64,000 bases of DNA from contig DATKUB010000057.1 in assembly GCA_035530875.1 (NCBI GenBank), positions 22,540 through 86,539 on the forward strand, written 5' to 3'. The notes under the pieces were generated by a model, which was not told where the DNA came from, ran no database searches, and saw nothing but the letters and a program-made list of their open reading frames with translations. Position numbers and translations under genes: made by a program. Each line of letters opens with the position of its first letter. Position 1 is the first letter of the stretch. Positions 1-9,112 of this stretch are shown in pieces. Source of the DNA: Candidatus Nanopelagicaceae bacterium. Lineage in GTDB: Bacteria; Actinomycetota; Actinomycetes; Nanopelagicales; Nanopelagicaceae.

Positions 1-593
1 CGTACATGTCTTGGGTGGAGACTTCCTTCCAAGGCTCACCATTGATCATTTGCCGAACCGGCTATACCGGCGAGCACGGATATGAACTACTTCCACTTTG
101 GAACGAAACCGAACAGATTTGGGATGCCTGCGCTGCCCTGTTGCCGGGATTTGATGGTCGGGTCTGTGGGCTTGGCGCTCGCGATACCTTGCGCACTGAA
201 ATGGGATACCCACTTCACGGGCACGAACTATCACTCGATATTTCGCCGGTACAGGCCAGGGCCAATTGGGCCGTTGGTTGGGAGAAGCCGAACTTCTGGG
301 GTCGTGATGCTTTGCTAGGAGAGAAGACTCGCGGAGCAACGTGGCTTCTTCGCGGCCTTAAAGCACAAGATCGTGGGATTCCTAGGCCCGGGATGATCGT
401 AAAGAATGACACCGGTGCACTACTTGGCGAGGTTACCAGCGGAACTTTTTCGCCAACGTTAAAGACCGGAATCGCTTTGGCACTACTCAGTCGTGACGTA
501 GTTGTTGGTGACCTAGTTGTTGTAGATGTCCGCGGACGAGAGGCGATCATGGAGGTTATGAATCCGCCGTTCGTTACGAGTCACGTCAAGTAG
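1..593 (+). CDS. gcvT: Aminomethyltransferase (glycine cleavage T protein), C-terminal part; 5' end outside window
   Basis: ORF 6..593 is open to the window edge. It has the GYTGEHGYELL motif and a GcvT-type C-terminal domain. Synteny with the cobT-like neighbour matches mycobacteria. Confidence 0.85.
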   Translation, partial: YMSWVETSFQGSPLIICRTGYTGEHGYELLPLWNETEQIWDACAALLPGFDGRVCGLGARDTLRTEMGYPLHGHELSLDISPVQARANWAVGWEKPNFWGRDALLGEKTRGATWLLRGLKAQDRGIPRPGMIVKNDTGALLGEVTSGTFSPTLKTGIALALLSRDVVVGDLVVVDVRGREAIMEVMNPPFVTSHVK

Positions 594-1413
594 TTAGCAG
601 AGCGAGCACCGCGTCGATAATCGGCGCCGTCATCGCAAGTGGCGTCATGTAGTCGTTTTCAAATGTGATCCCTAATTCGATAATCGGCGGACGATCCAAG
701 TGGCGCTGGGTGATTACGCCAACTTGGGAAACCAGATCCACCGCCGGCATCGTCCACTCGCGTGTGCGGTGGGAAATGCGCGTTGCGATCAGAGCCGCGC
801 AACTTGCCCCTTCACCGATTAGGAGCACGGGTGTGGCCCGTTTGGCGGCTTGAAGGATCACTCCTACGGATGCCGCAATGGCGAAGGATTTCGTGTGCGC
901 CAAAAGTTCTTCTGGCTTGCTGAGTCGATCTCGCAGCAAGAACATTCCATCACGAATGAGAGTTACGTTCGCTATCCATTCGGAGTCTCCTACGCCGATT
1001 CGCGGAGCAACAGAGGCCGCATCGGTTCGAGTAAGCGCCCCCACCAAGATTTCAAGCTCGAGTGGAGTTGTTGTTTCAGGCGACGAAAGGAGCAGAAGCC
1101 CAACGCCGCTGTCGATCGCACGGTCGGCGATCTCCATGCCAACTGCAATCTCGTTATCAACTGAGGAAGCGTTGCTCTGTTGAGATTGCGAGCGGACTAT
1201 CCCGGTCGGAAAAAGTGAGGTTGGGCCTGCGTGTCGATCTTCACCCAGATGGATTAGTTGCCAATTCCATGCATCTCGATCTCGCCTCGGCACTTTGGTC
1301 GCAACAATCCAACTTGCAAGTGCATCGAGCCGGCCAAAGCGGCCGTTGAATTCAGTAAAGTCGAGCGCTGGGAGATTCGAGAACCTATCGTTCAGTTCAA
1401 AATCTTTCGTCAT
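586..1413 (-). CDS. CobT-like (nicotinate-nucleotide-dimethylbenzimidazole phosphoribosyltransferase family) protein, divergent
   Basis: ORF 586..1524 trimmed to the ATG at 1413 (MTKDFELND). GRLDALASWI and the C-terminal LLIGEGASCAALIA region resemble CobT, but the canonical GIGNTT-type motif is degenerate (SSPETTTP). The position matches Rv2207. Confidence 0.5.
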   Translation of the reverse strand: MTKDFELNDRFSNLPALDFTEFNGRFGRLDALASWIVATKVPRRDRDAWNWQLIHLGEDRHAGPTSLFPTGIVRSQSQQSNASSVDNEIAVGMEIADRAIDSGVGLLLLSSPETTTPLELEILVGALTRTDAASVAPRIGVGDSEWIANVTLIRDGMFLLRDRLSKPEELLAHTKSFAIAASVGVILQAAKRATPVLLIGEGASCAALIATRISHRTREWTMPAVDLVSQVGVITQRHLDRPPIIELGITFENDYMTPLAMTAPIIDAVLALLTT

Positions 1414-1499
1414 TTCTTCTGGGCTCGCAAGCCCTTGATGGCCAGGTAGAGAACGACGGCACCAAGCAACATGTTGATGACGACTATGTACCAATGCAT
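1410..1499 (-). CDS. Candidate 29-aa hydrophobic small protein (MHWYIVVINMLLGAVVLYLAIKGLRAQKK)
   Basis: ATG at 1499 is preceded by GGGAGGA 7 nt upstream. It has one predicted TM helix with a basic tail. Its stop TGA overlaps the ATG of the downstream cobT-like gene (ATGA). It is hidden inside the longer track ORF 1410..1703. Confidence 0.35.
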   Translation of the reverse strand: MHWYIVVINMLLGAVVLYLAIKGLRAQKK

Positions 1500-1589
1500 T
1501 GGTGGTCCTCCCTGCTCGGCCCACCCATAGGTTGTCCGCCTCGTGAGAGCCGAGTTTACGAATTCGTGTGCGGCACTACAGTAGACGGT

Positions 1590-2591
1590 ATGGAATATCG
1601 TCGCCTCGGTCGCTCTGGAATGTATGTCTCGGCTCTTGCTTATGGCAATTGGATTACCCACGGAAGCCAGGTGGAAGAGGATTCGGCAAAGGCCTGTGTT
1701 CAAGCCGCCCTTGACGTGGGCATCACCACTTTTGACACGGCGGACGTATATGCAGGCACCGTGGCCGAAGAGGTATTAGCCCGAGCCCTAAAGGGCGTTC
1801 GCCAGGAGTCTTACGAATTGTTTACAAAGGTCTATTGGCCAGTCGGGCCTGGCAAGAACGATCGAGGGCTTTCGCGCAAACACATCATGGAAGCATGCAA
1901 TGCATCGCTTCGGAGGCTCCAGACCGACCATATTGATCTTTACCAAGCTCACCGATTTGATTACGAGACGCCGCTGGAAGAAACCTTGCGTGCCTTTGAC
2001 GATCTTGTTCGAGCTGGCAAAGTCAATTACATCGGCGTCTCGGAATGGAAGGCGTCAGAAATCGTAAGAGCGATTGAAATTGCCGACACGATGGGTTTCG
2101 ACCGGATAGTTTCGAATCAACCTCAGTACTCAATGCTCTGGAGAGTAATTGAAGAAGAAGTCGTTCCGGTCTGCCAGGCCGAAGGCATTGGCCAAATTGT
2201 TTGGTCTCCGTTGGCCCAAGGAGTGCTAACCGGCAAGTACCTGCCGGGCCAACCAGCTCCTGCTGGTTCGAGAGCAACGGATGAAAAAAGCGGTGCGAAT
2301 TTCATTCAACGGGTGCTCACAGACGAAATTCTTACTGCGGTTCAAACGCTCAAACCGATTGCGGCGAGCGTGGATTTGACCCTGGCCCAGTTGGCCCTGG
2401 CCTGGGTGTTGCAGAATCAGAATGTTTCGAGCGCAATCATTGGGGCAACCAGGCCCGAGCAGGTACACGAGAACGTTAAGGCTGCCGACGTTAAGTTGGA
2501 AGCCGCAGTTATGAGCGCCATTGATGCTGCCCTCGGCACCATTCCAGAGACCGACCCTGAGAAGACCGAGAGTCCCGCGCAGCGTCCGTAA
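1590..2591 (+). CDS. Aldo/keto reductase (Kv-beta-like subfamily)
   Basis: ORF 1494..2591 trimmed to the ATG at 1590 (MEYRRLGRSGMYVSALAYGNW). Typical AKR N-terminus, DTADVY motif and C-terminal IIGATRPEQ motif. Confidence 0.85.
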   Translation: MEYRRLGRSGMYVSALAYGNWITHGSQVEEDSAKACVQAALDVGITTFDTADVYAGTVAEEVLARALKGVRQESYELFTKVYWPVGPGKNDRGLSRKHIMEACNASLRRLQTDHIDLYQAHRFDYETPLEETLRAFDDLVRAGKVNYIGVSEWKASEIVRAIEIADTMGFDRIVSNQPQYSMLWRVIEEEVVPVCQAEGIGQIVWSPLAQGVLTGKYLPGQPAPAGSRATDEKSGANFIQRVLTDEILTAVQTLKPIAASVDLTLAQLALAWVLQNQNVSSAIIGATRPEQVHENVKAADVKLEAAVMSAIDAALGTIPETDPEKTESPAQRP

Positions 2592-2594
2592 GAT

Positions 2595-3143
2595 TTAGGA
2601 TTTTTTACGAAGCGGTGCTCGTGGCGTGATTGCCGGTGGGGTTCGTAGGCGACGGAGTTGGGTGCTTCTTAGCCAGGCATAGAGTCGGATTCCTCTTGTC
2701 GCCTCGTTCGGGAATCGAGCCTCAACTTCGCTCTTGATCCGCCTGGCCAGAATGAATCCGTCGATTAAGGCCGCGACTAGCGCGAAGTACATGAATATCG
2801 TTGCGGCTATTTTCACTTGGACGTTGGGAATCGCCGAAAGAACGAGCACGACCAGGACGATAGGGAGAAAGAACTCGCCGATATTTAGTCGAGAATCAAC
2901 TGTCTCGCGAACAAATCTTCGGGCTGGTCCTCGATCGCGAGCCGGCATTGCCTTCTCGTCGCCACGCAAGTAGGCAGCACGCTGAGCTGCTCTAGCAGTT
3001 TTGAGTGCCGAACGCTGAGCGGCCTTGGCTTCCTTGGTCTTTGCTGGCGCCAAAGAATTGATTTTGCGCTTGGCTTCAGCCTCATTCCGCTTTGGCGTTG
3101 GGCGTCCTTTTGAGCCAGCGGGTTCTGAACTTTCCTGAGACAT
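2595..3143 (-). CDS. DUF3043-like membrane protein (basic N-terminus, two TM helices)
   Basis: Lys/Arg-rich N-terminus (GRPTPKRNEAEAKRK) followed by two hydrophobic helices. The position corresponds to Rv2206. Confidence 0.6.
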   Translation of the reverse strand: MSQESSEPAGSKGRPTPKRNEAEAKRKINSLAPAKTKEAKAAQRSALKTARAAQRAAYLRGDEKAMPARDRGPARRFVRETVDSRLNIGEFFLPIVLVVLVLSAIPNVQVKIAATIFMYFALVAALIDGFILARRIKSEVEARFPNEATRGIRLYAWLRSTQLRRLRTPPAITPRAPLRKKS

Positions 3144-3198
3144 ATGTTCCCTTCGAGTCAGTGCTATTTGCGTGCCCTAGGTGAACACTCTTGGTGAG

Positions 3199-4350
3199 TT
3201 AGGTTAATGAGAGCATTCGGTCTAAAGCTATTTTCGCGTACTTAGCGATATTTGGTTCAACTGAAATCTGGTTAACGACCCGCCCGTCAACGAGGGATTC
3301 GAGGGCCCACACCAAATGCGGCAGATCGATTCGATTCATGGTTGAGCAGTAGCAGACGGCCTTATCGAGAAAGACAATTTTCTTGTCCGGGTGGGATTCG
3401 GCTAACCGTTGTACGAGGTTTAACTCGGTGCCAATGGCCCAAGACGACCCGCTCGGAGCCGAGGCGATGGTCCTGATTATAAATTCCGTGGAGCCCACCA
3501 AATCGGCAGAACGAACGACGTCATGGGTGCACTCTGGATGGACTAACACTTTGACGTCTGGGATTCGGTTCCTTACTTCATTTACGGATTCAACGGTGAA
3601 GCGACCATGAACTGAACAATGTCCGCGCCAGAGAATTACTTTGGCACTTCGCAAATCAGCTTCGCTGAGGCCTCCCATTGGCTTCCATGGGTCCCAAGTC
3701 ACACATTGATCCAACGAAATTCCGAGCTGCAAGACCGCGGTGTTTCGCCCTAAGTGTTGATCTGGGAGGAAAAGTATTCGCTCGCCTTGCTCGAGTGCCC
3801 AATTCATCGCCGTGCGGGCGTTTGATGAAGTGCAGATTGTGCCGCCATTGCGGCCGGTGAAAGCTTTGATTTGAGCGGACGAATTCATGTACGTGACGGG
3901 GACGGTGCCAGTTGCCAACCCGAGTTGATTTAGTTGTTCCCAACACCTAGCGACTTGCTCTCCCGATGCCATATCAGCCATCGAGCAGCCAGCTGCCAGA
4001 TCTGGCAGAACCACTTGCTGGTTCCCACTAGTGAGGATGTCTGCACTCTCGGCCATGAAGTGGACCCCGCAGAACACGATGTATTTGGCTTCTGGCCGGT
4101 TAGCCGCCGCCTGGGCCAGTTTGAACGAATCGCCCGTTACGTCAGCAAAGGCGATGATCTCATCGCGCTGATAGTGGTGTCCGAGTATGTATGCCTGGTC
4201 GCCCAACTTTTCACGCGCAATTCTAGCCCGCTCGATCAGATCAGGGTCGCTGGCTGGCGGAAGTTGGCCTTCACAGGAAACGCCGCGTTCGCTGTCGAGA
4301 TCTTTTTCCGAGCCAAGAAGTAAGAGATTGGCGATGCTGGCAGTAGTCAC
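3199..4350 (-). CDS. nadA: Quinolinate synthase
   Basis: 383 aa with a GTG start. NadA-type repeats with conserved Cys (CGVHFMAESA, HPEC, CSTMNR). Confidence 0.9.
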   Translation of the reverse strand: MTTASIANLLLLGSEKDLDSERGVSCEGQLPPASDPDLIERARIAREKLGDQAYILGHHYQRDEIIAFADVTGDSFKLAQAAANRPEAKYIVFCGVHFMAESADILTSGNQQVVLPDLAAGCSMADMASGEQVARCWEQLNQLGLATGTVPVTYMNSSAQIKAFTGRNGGTICTSSNARTAMNWALEQGERILFLPDQHLGRNTAVLQLGISLDQCVTWDPWKPMGGLSEADLRSAKVILWRGHCSVHGRFTVESVNEVRNRIPDVKVLVHPECTHDVVRSADLVGSTEFIIRTIASAPSGSSWAIGTELNLVQRLAESHPDKKIVFLDKAVCYCSTMNRIDLPHLVWALESLVDGRVVNQISVEPNIAKYAKIALDRMLSLT

Positions 4351-4420
4351 CAGTCAATAATGGCAGAGTTTGGCGGTCTGGTCGTATTGAGCGAGTTTTC
4401 GATTGAGAGAGTATTTAGCC

Positions 4421-5539
4421 ATGCGGGTATTAATTGCTTCGGATTCATTTGGCAGCTCCTTGAGCGCGGAGGATGCCTGTAAGGCGATCGCGACGGGCTG
4501 GGCAAACGCCGCACCGCACGACCGGGTAGACATTCTTCCGCTTTCGGATGGTGGACCCGGTTTTGTCTCCGTTATGTCAAGGCTTACAGGGGCTAAGACC
4601 TTAGAAGTGCCAATCCATTCGCCGTTAGGTTCGCAGATCACGGCTTCGATTGTGATCGCCGGGGAGAGCGCATTTATCGAGAGCGCTCAAGCATGTGGTC
4701 GAAATCTGATCGATGACACCGCCTCGCTTGGGGTTAGGTGCGGATCCACCTTCGGCGTGGGTGAGCTGGTAGCCCGCGCGCTGGACATTGGCGGAATTAA
4801 AAAGATCGTTGTTGGCCTTGGTGGAAGCGGAACCAATGATGGCGGAGCGGGGTTGCTCTCAGCTCTCGGGGCTACTCCAAGTGATCTTCTGAACAGCGGT
4901 GGAGCCGCCTTGGGTGATGTGTCAGAAGTCAATGTTGATCGGCCTAGAGAGCGATCTAGCGGGGTTGAACTACTCATTGCCACAGACGTAGATAACCCGC
5001 TAACCGGCCCGCAGGGGGCCACTGAGGTCTATGCCCCGCAGAAAGGAGCCACCGTCGCTGACGTGGCAGAACTTGAAGCAGCGTTGACCCATTTCGCAGC
5101 GATAACCGACCCAGCCCTTTCATCGGCTCCAGGTTCGGGTGCGGCCGGGGGCCTAGGCTTCGGGTTCATGCTCATTGGAGCTAGCCGGCGATCGGGAATC
5201 GAATTGGTGTCCGAATCGGTCTCGTTGGACCAGGCGATAGCCCGATCTGACCTCGTCATTACAGGTGAAGGCTCGTTCGATTGGCAATCGCTGCGAGGGA
5301 AGGTGATCGCCGGCGTTTCGCATACCGCGGCCAAACTCGGCAAGCCGGTGGTCGTGATTGCCGGCCAGGTCCTCCTCGCTCGACGGGAGTTCCTTGGACT
5401 TGGGGTCGAATCGGCCTACGCCGTGGCCCAGACACCAACTGAGGTAGCAAACTCGCTGGCCGATCCGGTGTGCACGCTCATTCGACGGGCGGAATCCGTG
5501 GCTAGGACCTGGAGCCCAGCCTCACGTACTGAAAGATAA
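4421..5539 (+). CDS. Glycerate kinase
   Basis: ORF 4403..5539 with an ATG at 4421 (MRVLIASDSFGSSLSA). LSDGGPGF and GEGSFDWQSLRGK motifs are typical of the glycerate kinase family. The position corresponds to Rv2205c. Confidence 0.85.
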   Translation: MRVLIASDSFGSSLSAEDACKAIATGWANAAPHDRVDILPLSDGGPGFVSVMSRLTGAKTLEVPIHSPLGSQITASIVIAGESAFIESAQACGRNLIDDTASLGVRCGSTFGVGELVARALDIGGIKKIVVGLGGSGTNDGGAGLLSALGATPSDLLNSGGAALGDVSEVNVDRPRERSSGVELLIATDVDNPLTGPQGATEVYAPQKGATVADVAELEAALTHFAAITDPALSSAPGSGAAGGLGFGFMLIGASRRSGIELVSESVSLDQAIARSDLVITGEGSFDWQSLRGKVIAGVSHTAAKLGKPVVVIAGQVLLARREFLGLGVESAYAVAQTPTEVANSLADPVCTLIRRAESVARTWSPASRTER

Positions 5540-5669
5540 GTGGTGTCCGGGAATGTCGTTGGCTCTGCAGAGCGTTGGAATATATGGCACCCTTGTCTGG
5601 TGCCGGGTTCGGTAAACGGCATTATTAGAAATTATTTAGACCTCGAGATTATTAGGACTGGAGATTGAC

Positions 5670-6020
5670 ATGACGGTGGAGAGCCAAACTTCGACAAGTG
5701 GCGTGCTGTTATCTGAGGGTGCCGCCAAGAAGGTTGCCGAGTTGCTTATCCAAGAGGGACGCGACGATCTTGCCCTCCGCATCTCCGTCCAACCCGGTGG
5801 GTGCTCTGGCATGCGCTATCAGCTTTACTTCGATGACCGCACCCTCGACGGTGATGACGTCACGATGTTCGGCAGTGTCAAGGTAGTTACTGACCGCATG
5901 AGCGTTCCTTATCTTTCTGGGGCGGTAATTGATCACGTCGACACCATCGAGAAGCAGGGTTTCACAATCGACAATCCCAACGCGCAAGGTTCCTGCGCTT
6001 GCGGAGACTCGTTCCACTAA
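5670..6020 (+). CDS. erpA: HesB/IscA/ErpA-family iron-sulfur cluster insertion protein
   Basis: 116 aa with GGCSG and C-terminal CACGDSFH cluster-ligand motifs. GGAG lies 7 nt upstream of the ATG. Confidence 0.85.
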   Translation: MTVESQTSTSGVLLSEGAAKKVAELLIQEGRDDLALRISVQPGGCSGMRYQLYFDDRTLDGDDVTMFGSVKVVTDRMSVPYLSGAVIDHVDTIEKQGFTIDNPNAQGSCACGDSFH

Positions 6021-6083
6021 TACCGCCGGAGAAGTGCCTCCGCACGGGCCCTAGCGCCGAGCAAGTGCGGTAGCCTCTCGCCA

Positions 6084-7067
6084 GTGAAGATCGCTATTGC
6101 CGGTTCCGTTGCTACCGATCATTTAATGACCTATCCGGGTCGGTTCACGGACTCGCTCGTAGTCGGCTCCCTTGATACGGTCTCGCTCTCTTTCCTGGTT
6201 GATGATCTTGTGGTTCGTCGTGGCGGCTGCGCCGCCAATATTTGTTTCGGACTAGGCAGCCTCGGTGTTGAACCGCTGCTAGTGGCGGCTGTCGGTTCCG
6301 ATTGGAGCGACTACGAGGCTTGGCTTGCTCGCCACCGGGTAAACACGAAGGCCGTTCGGGTATCGCAGGAACAGCACACTGCTCGCTTTATCTGCACGAC
6401 GGACCTCGATTTAAATCAGATTGCCTCTTTCTACTCTGGGGCCATGAGCGAAGCTCGTGACATTGAGATCGGTGCTGTTGCTGAGCAATTTGGTGGGCTT
6501 GATCTCGTCTTGATCGGCCCTGACGATCCCGATGCCATGCTCAGACATACCGAAGCCTGTAGGTCCCTTGGCATCCCTTTTGCCGCCGACCCATCTCAGC
6601 AGTTGGCCCGAATGGAAGGCGATCAGATTCGAGTATTGGTCGACGGTGCCGCCTACTTCTTTACCAATGAGTATGAGCGCGCTCTGACATCGCAGAAGAC
6701 TGGTTGGAGCGATGATGAAGTGCTTGAGCGAGTAGGGGTGCGGATCACTACGCATGGCGCTCGCGGGGCCTTGATTGAACGAAACGGCAATGGTCCGGTT
6801 TCCGTTGGCGTTCCGCAAGAGAAAGCTAAGGTCGATCCAACTGGGGTGGGCGATGCATTTCGGTCCGGATTCTTAGCTGGGCTTGCGTGGGAGTTAAGCG
6901 ACGAACGGTGCGGTCAACTCGGGGCGATGCTGGCAACTTACGTCATTGAAACTCAAGGGACTCAGGAATACCGAATCAATCGCGACGACTTTCTCGAACG
7001 GTTCTCATCGGCATATGGCGACGTTGCCACCGCTGATGTCGCCGAACAAATCGACTGCATTTACTAA
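6084..7067 (+). CDS. adoK: PfkB-family carbohydrate kinase, adenosine kinase-like
   Basis: The N-terminus IAGSVATDHLMTYPGRFTDSL...VSLSFLVDDLVVRRGG and HTARFICTTDLDLNQIASFYSGAM closely resemble mycobacterial AdoK (Rv2202c) as I recall it. A DPTGVGDAFRSGF anion-hole motif is present. Confidence 0.75.
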   Translation: MKIAIAGSVATDHLMTYPGRFTDSLVVGSLDTVSLSFLVDDLVVRRGGCAANICFGLGSLGVEPLLVAAVGSDWSDYEAWLARHRVNTKAVRVSQEQHTARFICTTDLDLNQIASFYSGAMSEARDIEIGAVAEQFGGLDLVLIGPDDPDAMLRHTEACRSLGIPFAADPSQQLARMEGDQIRVLVDGAAYFFTNEYERALTSQKTGWSDDEVLERVGVRITTHGARGALIERNGNGPVSVGVPQEKAKVDPTGVGDAFRSGFLAGLAWELSDERCGQLGAMLATYVIETQGTQEYRINRDDFLERFSSAYGDVATADVAEQIDCIY

Positions 7068-7091
7068 TTCAGTAGTGCTAGTTCGGCTAAC

Positions 7092-7742
7092 TTATGAAAT
7101 CAATTTGGCGAAGACGACGAGATCTCTGATGTATTTATGCCGGGTGAAGTCATAGTCGCCGCAGGTAATCAACCGCAGGCCCGGATGGTTCAGGTCGCCG
7201 TATACGGCTTCAGTTGGAAAATCCCGCTTTAAGAATGAAGCCATTCTCGTCACAACAAACGAGGCGGTTGATCCATCTGCTCGAGCAATCGAGATTCGAT
7301 CTCCAAGGCGCATCTTGTTCAAGTTATAAAAGACTCCGGGGCCGTTCCAATCAATGTGACCAGCAATGATTGACGGACCCATTTCACCCGGAGTTGGAGA
7401 CCCGGTGTACCAACCGGCTGGAAAAGCGGTGGGGGGTACCTGAAGGCTTCCGTTTTTTAAAAGTCCAAGCTTCATAAGTCTTGAATCGAGGTTAAGAGAA
7501 GGAATCTGGATCCTGGTAGGGATCGAGCGATTCATCGGAATGGATTGTTTTGAAATCTTTGGAGTGATTGATGTGGACTTATTTGATTCACGCGTCAACG
7601 ACAGAGCCGATGCATCAATCTGGTAGGCAGACCCAGACGTACCCAACACGATTGCAAGAATCATCGGTGAGGCTATTGCTAATCGCCTACCACGATTCAT
7701 TGCATCTCCCGCGCTGTGTTGATGCATCGGCTTCGACGTCAT
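7092..7742 (-). CDS. Class F-type sortase
   Basis: N-terminal TM anchor, HIDW region, LRLITCGD (TLxTC-type catalytic Cys) and a downstream conserved Arg. It lies 8 nt downstream of the DUF3494 gene. Confidence 0.75.
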   Translation of the reverse strand: MTSKPMHQHSAGDAMNRGRRLAIASPMILAIVLGTSGSAYQIDASALSLTRESNKSTSITPKISKQSIPMNRSIPTRIQIPSLNLDSRLMKLGLLKNGSLQVPPTAFPAGWYTGSPTPGEMGPSIIAGHIDWNGPGVFYNLNKMRLGDRISIARADGSTASFVVTRMASFLKRDFPTEAVYGDLNHPGLRLITCGDYDFTRHKYIRDLVVFAKLIS

Positions 7743-7749
7743 TTGGTTC

Positions 7750-8661
7750 TTATCCGAAGATCGCCGTGCTTCCGTCGCCAGTGTTAACAGATCCTTTTGG
7801 CTTCTTAACGATCTGAACCGGTGTTGGTGTTGGAGTAGGTGTTGGCGTCACCGTCGATGTTGGAGTAGGCGTTGGAGTAGGCGTCACCGTCGATGTTGGA
7901 GTAGGCGTTGGAGTAGGCGTTAGGCAAGTCGGCTTGGTGATGTGGTTGCTGTCTAATGTGACTGCACCGTTCAATGCCAGAACACTTCCATCAACATTTA
8001 CTCCGGTTGTCAACGTGATGCTCTGCTGAGCTAGGAGTGTGCCGCGGAACGTTGAGTTTGTACCCAACGTGATTGAACTTCCCATCTGCCAGAAGACATT
8101 GCAGGACTGGGCGCCGTTGATCAAGGAGATATTGCTTGCCGACGCAGTGGTTAAAGTCGAACCGGCCTGGAATACGAAGATTGAGCCGGAGTCGCCAGCG
8201 CCATCTAGGGTTAGGGTGCCGGTGAGTCCGAGCGAAGTGGCTGAACTGTAGGCGCCAGCGAGCAGTGTCCGACCGCCCAAATCACCGGAAATCGTAGTCG
8301 TTGGGCTTTCCGCCACGGCTGCGTTGTAGGCGGTAACCAGAGCATCTTTGGCGCCTTGGGTGACCGCATCGCCGGCATGATTTGTACCACTCTGAGTAAT
8401 GCTCGAAAACCCAACGATAGTGGTGGTTGGGAAGGTGCCAATGTCGCCAGTGATGGTGGTTGGTCCAGTGTTTGTGATGCCGGCTCCAGCAAGTACTGCA
8501 AACCCGTCGGCGCTTCCAAGCGTAATTGGCGTTACTGCTGCCTGTGACCCACCGGCGAGCGAGAGCATCAGTCCGGTGGCGGTTAAACCCACACTTGCTA
8601 CTGCCACGATGGAGCGTAAATATTTCGTTTTTCGATTCTGAAAATTCTTTGCTTGCAACAT
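7750..8661 (-). CDS. Secreted DUF3494 / ice-binding-family protein with Thr/Pro-rich C-terminal linker
   Basis: ORF 7750..8712 trimmed to the ATG at 8661 (AGGGA SD). Signal peptide ...LSLAGGSQA/AV. LGSADGFAVLAGAGITNTGPTTITGDIG and a beta-solenoid-like T/G/S-rich repeat are typical of DUF3494. Confidence 0.8.
   Translation of the reverse strand: MLQAKNFQNRKTKYLRSIVAVASVGLTATGLMLSLAGGSQAAVTPITLGSADGFAVLAGAGITNTGPTTITGDIGTFPTTTIVGFSSITQSGTNHAGDAVTQGAKDALVTAYNAAVAESPTTTISGDLGGRTLLAGAYSSATSLGLTGTLTLDGAGDSGSIFVFQAGSTLTTASASNISLINGAQSCNVFWQMGSSITLGTNSTFRGTLLAQQSITLTTGVNVDGSVLALNGAVTLDSNHITKPTCLTPTPTPTPTSTVTPTPTPTPTSTVTPTPTPTPTPVQIVKKPKGSVNTGDGSTAIFG
7844..7915. repeat. Perfect 36-bp x2 tandem repeat encoding the TPTPTPTSTVTP linker
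   Basis: GGCGTCACCGTCGATGTTGGAGTAGGCGTTGGAGTA occurs at 7844-7879 and again identically at 7880-7915. A partial third unit follows. Confidence 0.9.
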
Positions 8662-8896
8662 ACTGATCCCTTTCGATTGGTCACTACAGGCGCGTCGTCT
8701 CAGGAAGCCCATTCAACTGAGATTAAAATGGCTCGTACCATCACTACGGGCGTTTAGGTTAGCCCCTGCATCAGAGCGTGCAAAAGGGGTTCGCATAAGA
8801 AATTACCTTGCCACCACCGTAGCACCGTTCAAGTCGGGCTGGTTGCTGAAATTGGTCGGTTCTAAAAGTGACAGGATATTGGCAGGTTGCGAATTG

Positions 8897-9112
8897 CTAG
8901 GTAATGCGCCTGATCACGAACGTGAAGTCAGTTTTCGACACCAATTCCTGGTTGCTCATTCGACACCAAGCTGGCACGTCATACGCGGCGGCCGGATCGT
9001 CGGCAATCAACGTGATGGTTTCGCCGATCTCAAGCTCGATGATTCTTCGGGCCAGCAGAATTATAGGTTGCGGACACTTCAATCCGCTTGCCTCAATTTT
9101 GAGATCGTTCAT
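8897..9112 (-). CDS. TusA-family sulfurtransferase
   Basis: 71 aa with the LKCPQPIILLARR (CPxP) active-site motif. Its start overlaps the stop of the upstream NifS-like gene by 4 nt. Confidence 0.8.
   Translation of the reverse strand: MNDLKIEASGLKCPQPIILLARRIIELEIGETITLIADDPAAAYDVPAWCRMSNQELVSKTDFTFVIRRIT

Noticed and set aside
7750-7800. SVNTG near the C-terminus of the DUF3494 protein as a sortase LPXTG-type signal.
   Set aside because: It is not followed by a hydrophobic helix or basic tail, since the protein ends 9 residues later. It cannot be called a canonical sorting signal and is reported only as an open question.
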